From positions 1 to 27,728 of the IMG/VR virus record IMGVR_UViG_3300024294_000046: a stretch of DNA of 27,728 nucleotides; one strand, written 5' to 3'. Source of the stretch: a virus (Duplodnaviria > Caudoviricetes). Both the position numbers and the translations under genes were made by a program. Shown one piece after another: positions 1 to 10,280 of this stretch (position 1 is the first letter of the stretch; every line of letters begins with the position of its first letter). The notes beneath the pieces were generated by a model. The model was not told the origin of the DNA, did not search any database, and was given only the letters and a program-made list of their open reading frames with translations.

Positions 1-284
1 TCTGTTGAGATATCAGACATTCTTAAGAACTATGTTGAGGATAACTTTAACCACTTAACACCAAGACCATCACCTGATGAAGATAGACAAACAAATACAC
101 AATTGTATATTGTTAATTCAAATTATCTTGAAATGAAATCTGTTAAGATATTAGCAGGTGAGGAGTATAAGGTAAATGGAGCATTAACCATATTTGATGG
201 GTTTGATAGTATAGGAGAACCATCAGTATATGTGTCATCATGGTATTCATCATATCATGCTATGGATGCTAATTCTGAGGAGGT
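1..284. repeat. Terminal direct repeat, left copy (circularisation overlap)
   Basis: 1-284 aligns without gaps to 27445-27728, with 7 substitutions at positions 18, 90, 96, 114, 118, 131 and 223. Confidence 0.97.
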
Positions 285-3200
285 TTTAAGAGCATCAGGA
301 GACTTAAGTAATGTTCAGTTCAGTTCCAATCATTTAGATGTCTTAGAAAGGATTAATAAGGGTATGATGAATACTGCAGGATATGATGGTGGTAGTAATT
401 ATTATGAAACCTTAAGTGGTAATCAATACAACACCTTATATGTTAATGATAATATTAAGGAGTTATCACATAGACCTTTAAAGAGATTAAGGTTTGAGGG
501 TATACCACAGAGTGCTTCATTCTATGAGACCAACTATATTACATTATGGAATAAGAAAAGTGATAATAACAATCAAAACCCTGCTAACTATGATAGAGCA
601 ACCATTGGTAGAAACTTCTCTAATGATGATGAGGTTGTAGAACCATTTGGAAGGATTGAACCATATAATAATTATAGACAAAGAATACAAACCATAGGTT
701 ATGAATTTTATGACCCATCAGGTTTATTAGTTGATGAGGTAAGATACCAACCTAATAGTCCTGTATTTAACCAACCAATATATGACACATTTGGATTTGA
801 TTATGAAATTTATGGAGATGGTAGGTTTACAGGTCAAGGAGAAGGTGTTAGTAAATCTAATCAAAGAAAGATTGAGACAGGTTGGGAATATGTTAAATAC
901 AATACCTTTAAAGAAGGTAGTAGAGTTAATATAACTAATGATGCTTATGATGGAGATTTTACATATGGTGGTGAAAATATTATGTATAATGTAGCTGGAA
1001 GGTTTACTCCTGATGGAGTAAAATATATGGAAGGTGATAAGATATGTGATTATAGAGGACCAGCTGAGTTATTAACTTATAGGTATATTGCACAAAGTAA
1101 TGATGATAATTCAGTGTATAAGAATTGGGTAGGGTTTAATAACCTAAATTCATTTAAAGATATTGAGAAACTTACAACCCATAAGGAAAATGCTAATTCA
1201 CCAAACACTCAAGCATCAACATTCTCATGTTATGCAAAAGCTCAATATGATAATGTAGAAGGATTTCAAGGTAATATACCACCAATTGGTGGAACAGGTC
1301 AAGGTCAAGGTCCATTACTTAATACATATAGTGGTTCAGGTCAACAGGGAGCAAACCCTTATACACAAGTTTATACTCAAGCAGGTTTTTATAGATTTAC
1401 ATGGGAGTTCTTTGATATCCCTGATAGATTTGTATTAACATATGCAGCTCAAGGATTACCAACTGATGGTGATATAATCTATGATTCAGGGTATATGTCA
1501 GATACAGGGGTTTTTGAGTTTGATAATCCTAATGGTTTATGGTTAGGTATGTATATCTATAGAGAAAATGCAGGAACTGCATGGGAGTATGAAGTTAACA
1601 TATATGAAGACCCTGAATGGGACCCAAATCTTGTTATTGCTAATTTAGCACAGGGTAATAATTTTGCTATACTTCAAGATGATGAATATGATACAGGAAT
1701 AATTGTTGGTTTAGATTCAAACTTACCTGAAGAATATGACTTAACAACAACAAGATATAACTTTAACTTAGCACCATCATTAAAGGTTTATAACCTTGAT
1801 GAAAGTAGATTTGCTACCTATGAGGAGGTAAAGAGTTTAACAGGTAGAAGTCTTGAAGGTATAAATTATACAGGTGTTAATGGAAGAAGTGTTATTGAAG
1901 TATTAACTTCTAAGACTATTGGTCAGAATATTTCTATGGATAGTGGAGATGATTATGAACAACTATTAATGACATTCCAAATTAACCCTGTTGTTAATAC
2001 TGCTACTATGGATGAGTTTTTATTATTACCTGGTGTATATACAGGTATTGGTAGAGCTAGTAGTTTACCTGCCATTAGTAGTTCTAGAATTTACACAAAG
2101 GTATGGAGAATTATGAATGGTAATGACAAGTCCCTTAAGAATGCTAACCAAATGAAACTTAAGTTATATGATTTTGATAATAACTTTAACCTACTTAAAG
2201 AAGAGGTTGGTAATGCTGGTAAGTTCACCACAAACATCAATGGATGGGGTCCAAGTTCAAGTTTCCCTGCAGGTTTATTTCACACCACATTAACAGATAC
2301 ACAATATTTTACATATGGTGTAAATGGAAACTTATGGAATAAAGACACAGGAGAAGGATATGGTTATTTAGGTAATTACCAAAATCAACAAAAGGTTGGT
2401 AGAGGTAATATGAGAAACATACCTGCTCAACCAAATAGTGGTCATATTATTTTATCATCAGAGTATCAATCATATTATCAAGGAATGCCAGCATGGTATT
2501 TAAGTTATATGTTATCAAGGGAGACTGATACTTTAATAGGACCTAACCAAAGAATCTCAGGTGTTGTTGCTGATTCACCATCAGGTAAGATGTTTATTCA
2601 TGTTAGTATGATGGTATATGTAAAAGATAATCCTGAATTATCAACATATCCTAACTATACAAATCTATATATGGGATTTCCTGGTTTTACAGGTCAACCT
2701 TTAAGTCCTTTAAGAAGGAATGTGTATAGAGCAGAAGATAAAGGGAGATGGAAAAGAATGTATTGTATTCAAGAAGTTCCAAACACTGACCAAGATTCTG
2801 GTATATCTTTTCAGAGTAGAGTTGAGTTGTTGGTAGATACATATAGTAATACAGATTATCAAGTATGGCAAAGCAAAGATTTAATCTTTGGTGATGTAAG
2901 GGTTAGTTATTTATTTGGTGAAACAGAGAGTGATAGAGTAGAAGAATCATATAAGTTATATGACAGAAACTTAGTTCAGATAAATGGTAATCAAGAACCA
3001 CACTTAATTGAATCAGGTGATTTACTTAGAAATGAAGCACACTCATTATTTTGGTTGAATAAGTTTGGAACATGGGATGACTACAGATTTAGAGCAAGAA
3101 GTCTTAAGACCACAGAGGTTAAGAGAACTACAAGGTCTACAGGTTTAGATAAGTTAGGAACATTAAATGACACCTATGTAAGAGGTAAACAAGAGTTTGG

Positions 3201-3471
3201 TGATACTATCAACTATAGTTTACAGGCTACTGACATTTATGAGTTAACAACAGATTATATAAACCAAGAGGAGAGAGAATGGTTTGAGAATATCTTTACC
3301 TCACCAAAACATATGATGTATGATGAGTTAACTGATGCATTTATCAGGGTAAATATATTGAATAAAAAATACACAATTATAAATAAGAAGAACCAAAAAC
3401 TTTTCCAATTAAAGTTGGAGGTTCAAGTATCACCTGAGATTAGGACTTTACAAGTTTTAGGTGGTTATTAA
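1..3471 (+). CDS. Large virion tail protein (distal tail/baseplate-type), 3' part; true start at 27244 across the join, about 1223 aa in total
   Basis: Frame is open from base 1, so the TTG at 103 is not the real start. The C-terminal FWLNKFGTWDDYRF...LTTDYINQEEREWFENIFTSP motif resembles distal tail proteins I recall from Bacteroidota siphoviruses. Lies between tail completion genes and the tail tip gene. Confidence 0.65.
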   Translation, partial: SVEISDILKNYVEDNFNHLTPRPSPDEDRQTNTQLYIVNSNYLEMKSVKILAGEEYKVNGALTIFDGFDSIGEPSVYVSSWYSSYHAMDANSEEVLRASGDLSNVQFSSNHLDVLERINKGMMNTAGYDGGSNYYETLSGNQYNTLYVNDNIKELSHRPLKRLRFEGIPQSASFYETNYITLWNKKSDNNNQNPANYDRATIGRNFSNDDEVVEPFGRIEPYNNYRQRIQTIGYEFYDPSGLLVDEVRYQPNSPVFNQPIYDTFGFDYEIYGDGRFTGQGEGVSKSNQRKIETGWEYVKYNTFKEGSRVNITNDAYDGDFTYGGENIMYNVAGRFTPDGVKYMEGDKICDYRGPAELLTYRYIAQSNDDNSVYKNWVGFNNLNSFKDIEKLTTHKENANSPNTQASTFSCYAKAQYDNVEGFQGNIPPIGGTGQGQGPLLNTYSGSGQQGANPYTQVYTQAGFYRFTWEFFDIPDRFVLTYAAQGLPTDGDIIYDSGYMSDTGVFEFDNPNGLWLGMYIYRENAGTAWEYEVNIYEDPEWDPNLVIANLAQGNNFAILQDDEYDTGIIVGLDSNLPEEYDLTTTRYNFNLAPSLKVYNLDESRFATYEEVKSLTGRSLEGINYTGVNGRSVIEVLTSKTIGQNISMDSGDDYEQLLMTFQINPVVNTATMDEFLLLPGVYTGIGRASSLPAISSSRIYTKVWRIMNGNDKSLKNANQMKLKLYDFDNNFNLLKEEVGNAGKFTTNINGWGPSSSFPAGLFHTTLTDTQYFTYGVNGNLWNKDTGEGYGYLGNYQNQQKVGRGNMRNIPAQPNSGHIILSSEYQSYYQGMPAWYLSYMLSRETDTLIGPNQRISGVVADSPSGKMFIHVSMMVYVKDNPELSTYPNYTNLYMGFPGFTGQPLSPLRRNVYRAEDKGRWKRMYCIQEVPNTDQDSGISFQSRVELLVDTYSNTDYQVWQSKDLIFGDVRVSYLFGETESDRVEESYKLYDRNLVQINGNQEPHLIESGDLLRNEAHSLFWLNKFGTWDDYRFRARSLKTTEVKRTTRSTGLDKLGTLNDTYVRGKQEFGDTINYSLQATDIYELTTDYINQEEREWFENIFTSPKHMMYDELTDAFIRVNILNKKYTIINKKNQKLFQLKLEVQVSPEIRTLQVLGGY

Positions 3472-3482
3472 AATATAGATAT

Positions 3483-6400
3483 ATGTTAGTATTAAAAGTT
3501 AGAGAAGGTAATACATGGAAGGATTTAGACCTTTATGGTAATGAGTCCATCAATTTTAATAAGTCAGTCTTAGAAGTTCAGGAGTTTGAGAAGAGAGCTT
3601 CTGACTTTACAAAGACTTTTAGAATACCAGGAACTGCTTTCAACAATCAGGTTATGGGGAACATCTTTAAGATTAATCTTGAGGATAGTTCTTTTGACCC
3701 TAAACAATCTTTAGAGTGTGCTATTACCAATGCTGGTAATGTAATCATTGTGGGTTCACTTAGATTGGAGAAGATGTATGTGAATGTTGGTAAGGTTGAC
3801 TATGAGGTTGTGGTATATTCACAGGTTGGTTCCTTATCATCACAGACATCAGAAAAAACATTATGTGATTTAAACTTCAATGAGTATACACATGATTTAA
3901 CATTTGATAATATCAGGGACTCATGGACATTAGCATTGTTTAATGGTGATATTGTATATCCATTTATACATTATGGTTATGATGATGAGGATGTAATACC
4001 TGATATTGAGTTTACCTTAAGTGGTTATTCATTTGACAATCCAGGTTCAGCATTACCTTATTGGTATTACAAACCAGCAATTAGAGTTAATAAGGTTATT
4101 GAGAAGATTATAGAATCAGCAGGATATGAGGTCCAATCTGATTTTATGAATACAGATGACTTTAATAACTTGTATATGCCTTTATCCTTCTCAAGTGAGT
4201 TTGGGGTTCAGACATTGGATGATATTAGTTTCTATGCTAGTTTATCTACTGATGATGCTATACCTGTAGGAGACCACAATGTAGTATTTGATATTGAGAT
4301 ATCAGATACATCTAACCAATATAATAGTTTTACAGGTTTCTATACATTTGACAGAGAGGGTAGTTTCTCTTTTAAGGTTGATTATACTTTATCAACAACT
4401 GATTGTTGTGAGTATGAAGGAGACCCATATTATCACTTATATGATAGATGGACAAGACTAAGAGGTGGAACACTTAGTTATTACAATGAAAGATTTTTAG
4501 GATATCAATGTGATGTAGATAATGTAAGTTTTACAAAAGATATTACAATACAGGTAGGACCTGGTCAAACATGGCAGGTTGGAGACCAAATAGCTTTTGG
4601 GACTTCTAAGAGAGTTATAGATTGTAATCAATACACAATAACATCAAGTGATAATAATCACTCTGACATAACTTATTATGGGTGTGAGGATGATACTACA
4701 CCAATTACCTTAAGGGTATATGCTGGTTCACCTGAAACTATATGTGCTAACCCTGATATACCACCTGTATTTACACAACATTCAGGAACCATTGTTGATA
4801 ATGGACCATGTCCTGCAATACATACATGTGATGCTACAATAAACTTCTTATCAACATTCTTATTGTATGATACACCTTCAGAACCTGGTATTGGTTCATC
4901 TGTTCTTATCAGTCAGAATATGAATTGTGATACTTCACAATTGGATTTCTTAAAAGGTATATTCCAACATTATAATATGGTTGTTGTCCCTGACCCTGAT
5001 GACCCTGTTAAGTTAATCATTGAGCCATGGAACAATTGGGTAAATGCTCCTGATGTTGTGGTAAGAGATTGGACAAACTTCTTAGACACAGGTAAAGATG
5101 TTGTTGTTCAACCATTGGTTGATAATGACAATAGATATGTGAAGTTATATGATGTTGAAGATGATGATAGATATAACAAACTATACCAAGACAATCAAAA
5201 CCAAATATTTGGTGAGGTATTGTTTGATGCTGATACACAGATACTATCCAAAGTAAAAGAGGTTGAGACTATATTCTCACCTACACCTAGTGATGGTGTG
5301 GATGGTAATCCAAGATTTATTATACCTCATCTATATGAACAGGATGATGCTGGTAACAAATCACCATTTGCTACCAACCCAAGAATATTATACTACAATG
5401 GTTTAATCCTTAACACACAAGGAAGTTATTGGGTGAGAGATGAGAATGATATATCATATCAACTTTATACCTTCCCATGTATGTCAATATCTCAATATCT
5501 ATATGGTAGTGATGTTATTGATAGAGATAAGAGGGTATTAAGTTGGAATAATGTTAATAACTATTATTCTCAATTGACAGGTTTTAATACTTCAAATATG
5601 ACAGGTAGCTATTATGAGTTATATTGGAAAGAATATTTTGTTGATATATATGATAGTGATAGTAGATTAATAACTGCTTATTTTAACTTACCATTTCAAG
5701 AGTTTATACAGACAAAGTTAAATGATAAGATACAGATATCAGGTCTGTTTGGAAATACTCAATGGAGAATTAACAGGATTATTGATTATGATTTAATGGA
5801 CCCTGGTAAGACAAAGGTTGAGTTGACTAAGATACTACAGGAACCTGAACCAATTAAGGAGACAAGAACCTACTTATTAGAAAAATGTGATGAACAGGTT
5901 GAGCTTGTTGCTAAATATAGTTCATTCCTACCATTAGAAGTTGGTATTAGTGTTCAGACTGATAAACCTGGATTTGAAGATGTATGTTATGAAATTACTA
6001 AGGTATATGGAAATGAAACTTATGATAGGTATTATACTGAATATCATGACAGAGGGTCTGGAAACCTTCCAAGACCATATGAAAAAACTCTAAATATAGA
6101 AGGTGTGTATTCATGGAATTGGACATTTAGGGGAGACCTATTAGATAATACTTTTGAATTAAGATATGGAATTAATGGTTTACCAAATGATGGTGATTTA
6201 ATCTATACTTCAGGTCCTATGATTGGTTCAGGAGTATATACTTTTGACAACTCTAATGGTTTAAATATAACTTCATCTATAATCTATAGGTTGACACAGA
6301 CCCCTGATAATAGATGGGATTATAACTTAATTGTTGATAGAGGTGTGCTACCTTATACACCACCAAACACTACTACAAATATTACTGAACTATGGAATAA

Positions 6401-7316
6401 TTGTTATGATTGTGAATTTGGTGATAGTGGTAATATTTATATATTAGAGGATGCTGGTAGAAATGTTGGTTTAACAGGTGGACCTTCAGATATAGATTAT
6501 TTAGATAGAATACAGATTTGGGATGTAGGAGATAATGCTACTTTAATTAATTTTGATATACAACTTTTAGATACCTATACTGATAGATATCTAAACATTT
6601 ATGATGGTGTAAACATTACCTCAACACTTATACCAACTAGTGGACCAAATGCTGGTTTAGTTTCTTATACAATGCAAACAACAAACAACTTTGTAGAAAC
6701 AACAATCTCAGGATTAAACTTTACATCTGAAATATTTAGGTCTATACAAAATTTAAGCATTGGTGGAATTACTAATCCTAGAAGGTTATATGGTCAATCA
6801 TTAGATAATAATTTAACTTTAGACACATATGTTTATTTAGGACCTGATTATCCTGAACACCATAATAGAGTTTGGAAAGTAATTGGTAAGGATTCAACAA
6901 GAACACCTGATGTTCAAATAACAAATCCTTATAACACTGGTGTTTTAGATAGTATAAGTTGCAGTGGACCTGTATCTTACTTAACCACTGATATGGATGA
7001 ACTATATAACTTTTTCATTAAAGTATATAGGGACTTTGGTTCATCAGGACAAGTTGGATGGAGATACTCAGGAATAGGACAAATTTCAGGAAATAGTTAT
7101 ACTTTTGATTCAATATATTTCTCACCTAATACTAGTGCTCCAAGATGTGTTGATAGTCTTTACCCATCTGTATCAGGAACATATATGTCTATAATGAATA
7201 ATTATGTGATGATATCAGAAGATATTAATGGTAATGCAGTGAATGAACCTATATTTGTTAATTATACAGATAATAATCAAAGATTCACTAAAGAACATGT
7301 TTATAGGATTGTATAA
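3483..7316 (+). CDS. Tail tip/baseplate hub-like protein with adhesin-like insertions
   Basis: N-terminal LDLYGNESINFNKSV..EVQEFEKRASDFTKTFRIPGT..NN, plus VYPFIHYG, KPAIRV and FLKGIFQHYNMVV..D...LIIEPW motifs of this tail protein class; Cys-rich and beta-rich inserts; adjacent to the tape measure gene. Confidence 0.65.
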   Translation: MLVLKVREGNTWKDLDLYGNESINFNKSVLEVQEFEKRASDFTKTFRIPGTAFNNQVMGNIFKINLEDSSFDPKQSLECAITNAGNVIIVGSLRLEKMYVNVGKVDYEVVVYSQVGSLSSQTSEKTLCDLNFNEYTHDLTFDNIRDSWTLALFNGDIVYPFIHYGYDDEDVIPDIEFTLSGYSFDNPGSALPYWYYKPAIRVNKVIEKIIESAGYEVQSDFMNTDDFNNLYMPLSFSSEFGVQTLDDISFYASLSTDDAIPVGDHNVVFDIEISDTSNQYNSFTGFYTFDREGSFSFKVDYTLSTTDCCEYEGDPYYHLYDRWTRLRGGTLSYYNERFLGYQCDVDNVSFTKDITIQVGPGQTWQVGDQIAFGTSKRVIDCNQYTITSSDNNHSDITYYGCEDDTTPITLRVYAGSPETICANPDIPPVFTQHSGTIVDNGPCPAIHTCDATINFLSTFLLYDTPSEPGIGSSVLISQNMNCDTSQLDFLKGIFQHYNMVVVPDPDDPVKLIIEPWNNWVNAPDVVVRDWTNFLDTGKDVVVQPLVDNDNRYVKLYDVEDDDRYNKLYQDNQNQIFGEVLFDADTQILSKVKEVETIFSPTPSDGVDGNPRFIIPHLYEQDDAGNKSPFATNPRILYYNGLILNTQGSYWVRDENDISYQLYTFPCMSISQYLYGSDVIDRDKRVLSWNNVNNYYSQLTGFNTSNMTGSYYELYWKEYFVDIYDSDSRLITAYFNLPFQEFIQTKLNDKIQISGLFGNTQWRINRIIDYDLMDPGKTKVELTKILQEPEPIKETRTYLLEKCDEQVELVAKYSSFLPLEVGISVQTDKPGFEDVCYEITKVYGNETYDRYYTEYHDRGSGNLPRPYEKTLNIEGVYSWNWTFRGDLLDNTFELRYGINGLPNDGDLIYTSGPMIGSGVYTFDNSNGLNITSSIIYRLTQTPDNRWDYNLIVDRGVLPYTPPNTTTNITELWNNCYDCEFGDSGNIYILEDAGRNVGLTGGPSDIDYLDRIQIWDVGDNATLINFDIQLLDTYTDRYLNIYDGVNITSTLIPTSGPNAGLVSYTMQTTNNFVETTISGLNFTSEIFRSIQNLSIGGITNPRRLYGQSLDNNLTLDTYVYLGPDYPEHHNRVWKVIGKDSTRTPDVQITNPYNTGVLDSISCSGPVSYLTTDMDELYNFFIKVYRDFGSSGQVGWRYSGIGQISGNSYTFDSIYFSPNTSAPRCVDSLYPSVSGTYMSIMNNYVMISEDINGNAVNEPIFVNYTDNNQRFTKEHVYRIV

Positions 7317-7338
7317 ATATAATCAAAAGGGAATAAAA

Positions 7339-7346
7339 TATATTTA
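7339..7346 (+). promoter_or_regulatory. TATATTTA putative late promoter element upstream of tape measure gene
   Basis: Same octamer recurs in intergenic gaps at 11864, 14171, 19064, 22370 and 25378. Confidence 0.5.
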
Positions 7347-7360
7347 ATAAAAAGACATAG

Positions 7361-10276
7361 ATGGCTAAAACAATAGGTATTACTCTCAAAGTTGATGGTG
7401 TAGAACAATCCATCAAAAGTGTTAATGAATTGGAAGAAACAATTCAATCACTTAATGAGGAGTTAAAACAGGAAGATATAGGTTCAGCAAGGTTTAAGAA
7501 ACTTTCAGGAGAACTACAGAATGCAAGGTCTGAACTAAAAACATTTGAGAAGACTTTTGAAGGGTTAGAACCTCAACAGAAGGCTGAAGCCTTTGTTAAG
7601 TTAGGTGAGGGTATAGCAGGAGCCTTTGCAGTTGGAGCAGGAGCCTTGGCTTTGTTTGGTGCTGATTCAGAGAAATTAGCTGAAATACAAACTAAGGTTC
7701 AGGGAGCAATTGCTATCTCAATTGGGGTGAGACAATTAGCTGAAGCAAGACTACAAGGACAGATAGCCCTGAGGATTGCACAGGAGAAGGCCTACCAAGC
7801 AGTTCAAGCAATTACAACATTAGTGGTAGGAACTTCAACAGGAGCTCTTAAAGCCTTTAGAATTGCTTTAGCTGCTACAGGGATTGGTCTTATAATTATT
7901 GCATTGGGAGCATTGGTTGCTAATTGGGACAAACTTACAGGAGCCATATTTGGTAGTGTAAGTCAGTTAGATAAAGCAAAGAAGAAACTTGCTGAGGTTG
8001 GTGCTGAGACTAAATCATCAACCATCTTATTAGGTAAGTATAGAGATGTAGTATTAGACACTACAAGGTCAGAGGAAGAGAGACAGACTGCATTAGAAAG
8101 GTTGAAGGAGTTAGGTATAGAAACCAATGATATCACCTTAGACAATGAGGATAGTCTTAGAATGTTAAATGAGAGGGTTGAAGATAGTATTGTATTAGCA
8201 GTTCAGAAAGCTAGAGTGGATGCAGTATTAAACCTTATCAAAGAGAAGATTACTGATACAATCAAAAAGGAGAACCAAGAATTAGGTGAGAATGTCTCAT
8301 GGTATGAAACTCTATGGAATGGTATAAAATCAACAGGTAATCCAGCCTTCTTCCAATATTATCAAGCAATATCTGATGTTGAGAATAAGACTGAAGAATT
8401 GAATGAGTTGAATGAGGAACAGAATGACCTTATGGGGTTATTGAATACTGAGATGGAGAAACTATTCAAGATTGAGACAAAGGTATATACTCAGAAAAGA
8501 AAGACTGCTAAAGAGACTAAGAAAGGTAATACACAGAAAGACAAAGAGAAAAAACTTATTGATGAACTTATCAAATCATATGACAGGTATAACAGAGCTC
8601 TTGAGGTATTAGGTCAGACTACTGCTCCTGAGGTTGAGGTGTTAGAAAAGTTAAATGATAAATTAGACAAACAGAAACAAATATTAACAGGTATCTTAAG
8701 TCCATTGGAAGAATATACTAATTCATTGACAAAGGCTGAGGTTCCTTCAGATAGATTTGGATTTTACTTCTCAACATTAAGAGAAGAGTTAGAAGAAGGA
8801 TTTGAAAGTTTACCTGGTGATGGGTTTATAACATTTACTGAACAGGTATTAAAAGAAGCATCTGAAAAAGGATTTACAAAAGAAGCAACTGATGCACTTA
8901 CCAAATTAATCAAAAATGGTTATATCCAAGTATTTAACCTATTAGGTGGAGATGTTGAGTTAAGAAAATTGGTTTCTAAAGCATATGCAGACCTCTATGC
9001 TGACCCATATAACTTTGAATTACAGGAAGCTTATGAGGACTCTATATTGGTAGCCTTCAAAAAGATACAAGGTATTACAGGTGAGTTAACTAGTGAACAA
9101 CAGAGGGGTTATGAAGCATTTGAGAAAAACCTTAAGTCATTAATTAAAGCAACATCTGACATTGAAGATGAGATTGATGCAGTTTATGAAGAAGTATCAA
9201 AAGTTCAGGATAAGGTTAATCAAAACTTAGAAGAAGGTTCTAGAGAAAGATTAACAATAGTTGAAGATAACTATAGAACATTCTATGATACAATCAATGG
9301 GTTTGACCAAGAGTATACTAGTGACTATGAAAAGTCATTAAGAGAACAAAACTTAGCAGCCTTCAAGAAAATGAAGGAGGAGATTAAGATTGCTAATATT
9401 AGTCAAGATGAGAGGGAGAAACTTCTTAAGGAGTATGAGAAAATGTATATTCAGACTGAAGAAAATATTAGTGATAAGGTTAATCAGTCAGCTAAGGATA
9501 GATTTCAAGAACAGAGTGAAGGTCTAACTAATTTCTTAAACACTGCAGCACAGGTTGCTACAGACATAGCAAACTTAGTTAATGACCTTACCAACATTCA
9601 GTTAGATTATTTAGATGCTTTATTTGATAAGAGATTTGAGAAACTTGATGAGGAGTATCAGAATGACCTTACCAAAGCAGGTGATAATGTTAGAGCAAAA
9701 AACAGAATTGATAAGAAGTATCAAAAGGAGAGATTAGAATTAGAGAAGGAATATGAGGCTGAGAAGAAGAAGTTAAAAAAGAAGGCACTGATTGCTGACC
9801 TATTAGCAAACTCATTACAGATTATTGCACAGACTGCAATGAATGTAGTTAAGGTATTCCCTAATCCATTCTTAATGGCTCTTGCTGGTGTTATTGGAGC
9901 AGCTCAGTTAGGTATTGCAGTGGCTCAGTATAATGCAGCTAGGAAACTTAGAAGAGGTGGTATCTTAGATGGACCAAGACATGCTCAGGGTGGTATTATG
10001 ATGGGAGATGGTTCTGAAGCAGAAGGTGGAGAGATAGTCCTTACAAGGGGTGTTGCACAAAACAGACAAGCACTTGCTTTAGCTAACCAAGCAAATTTAT
10101 TAGGTGGAGGAGATAATCTTATTAGTCAGACAGGTAGGTTTGATAATGAAGCATTTGAAGATTCACAAACAGGAACAATAAACCCTATACCAATTATACA
10201 GACATATGTAGTTGCTGAGGAAGTTCAAAGAGAGAATGTCATAAGTAAAAGAATAGCTGATAGAAGTAAATTATAG
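7361..10276 (+). CDS. Tail tape measure protein
   Basis: 971 aa, helical/coiled-coil, with Ala/Gly-rich hydrophobic segments (ALAATGIGLIIIALGALVANWD) and a C-terminal GGILDGPRHAQGGI...EAEGGE motif typical of tape measure proteins. Confidence 0.88.
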   Translation: MAKTIGITLKVDGVEQSIKSVNELEETIQSLNEELKQEDIGSARFKKLSGELQNARSELKTFEKTFEGLEPQQKAEAFVKLGEGIAGAFAVGAGALALFGADSEKLAEIQTKVQGAIAISIGVRQLAEARLQGQIALRIAQEKAYQAVQAITTLVVGTSTGALKAFRIALAATGIGLIIIALGALVANWDKLTGAIFGSVSQLDKAKKKLAEVGAETKSSTILLGKYRDVVLDTTRSEEERQTALERLKELGIETNDITLDNEDSLRMLNERVEDSIVLAVQKARVDAVLNLIKEKITDTIKKENQELGENVSWYETLWNGIKSTGNPAFFQYYQAISDVENKTEELNELNEEQNDLMGLLNTEMEKLFKIETKVYTQKRKTAKETKKGNTQKDKEKKLIDELIKSYDRYNRALEVLGQTTAPEVEVLEKLNDKLDKQKQILTGILSPLEEYTNSLTKAEVPSDRFGFYFSTLREELEEGFESLPGDGFITFTEQVLKEASEKGFTKEATDALTKLIKNGYIQVFNLLGGDVELRKLVSKAYADLYADPYNFELQEAYEDSILVAFKKIQGITGELTSEQQRGYEAFEKNLKSLIKATSDIEDEIDAVYEEVSKVQDKVNQNLEEGSRERLTIVEDNYRTFYDTINGFDQEYTSDYEKSLREQNLAAFKKMKEEIKIANISQDEREKLLKEYEKMYIQTEENISDKVNQSAKDRFQEQSEGLTNFLNTAAQVATDIANLVNDLTNIQLDYLDALFDKRFEKLDEEYQNDLTKAGDNVRAKNRIDKKYQKERLELEKEYEAEKKKLKKKALIADLLANSLQIIAQTAMNVVKVFPNPFLMALAGVIGAAQLGIAVAQYNAARKLRRGGILDGPRHAQGGIMMGDGSEAEGGEIVLTRGVAQNRQALALANQANLLGGGDNLISQTGRFDNEAFEDSQTGTINPIPIIQTYVVAEEVQRENVISKRIADRSKL

Positions 10277-10280
10277 AATT

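Noticed and set aside
1-284. Diversity-generating retroelement TR/VR pair as the explanation for the imperfect repeat
   Set aside because: No reverse transcriptase gene; the mismatches are not confined to adenines of either copy and are mostly synonymous; the repeat sits at the contig ends.
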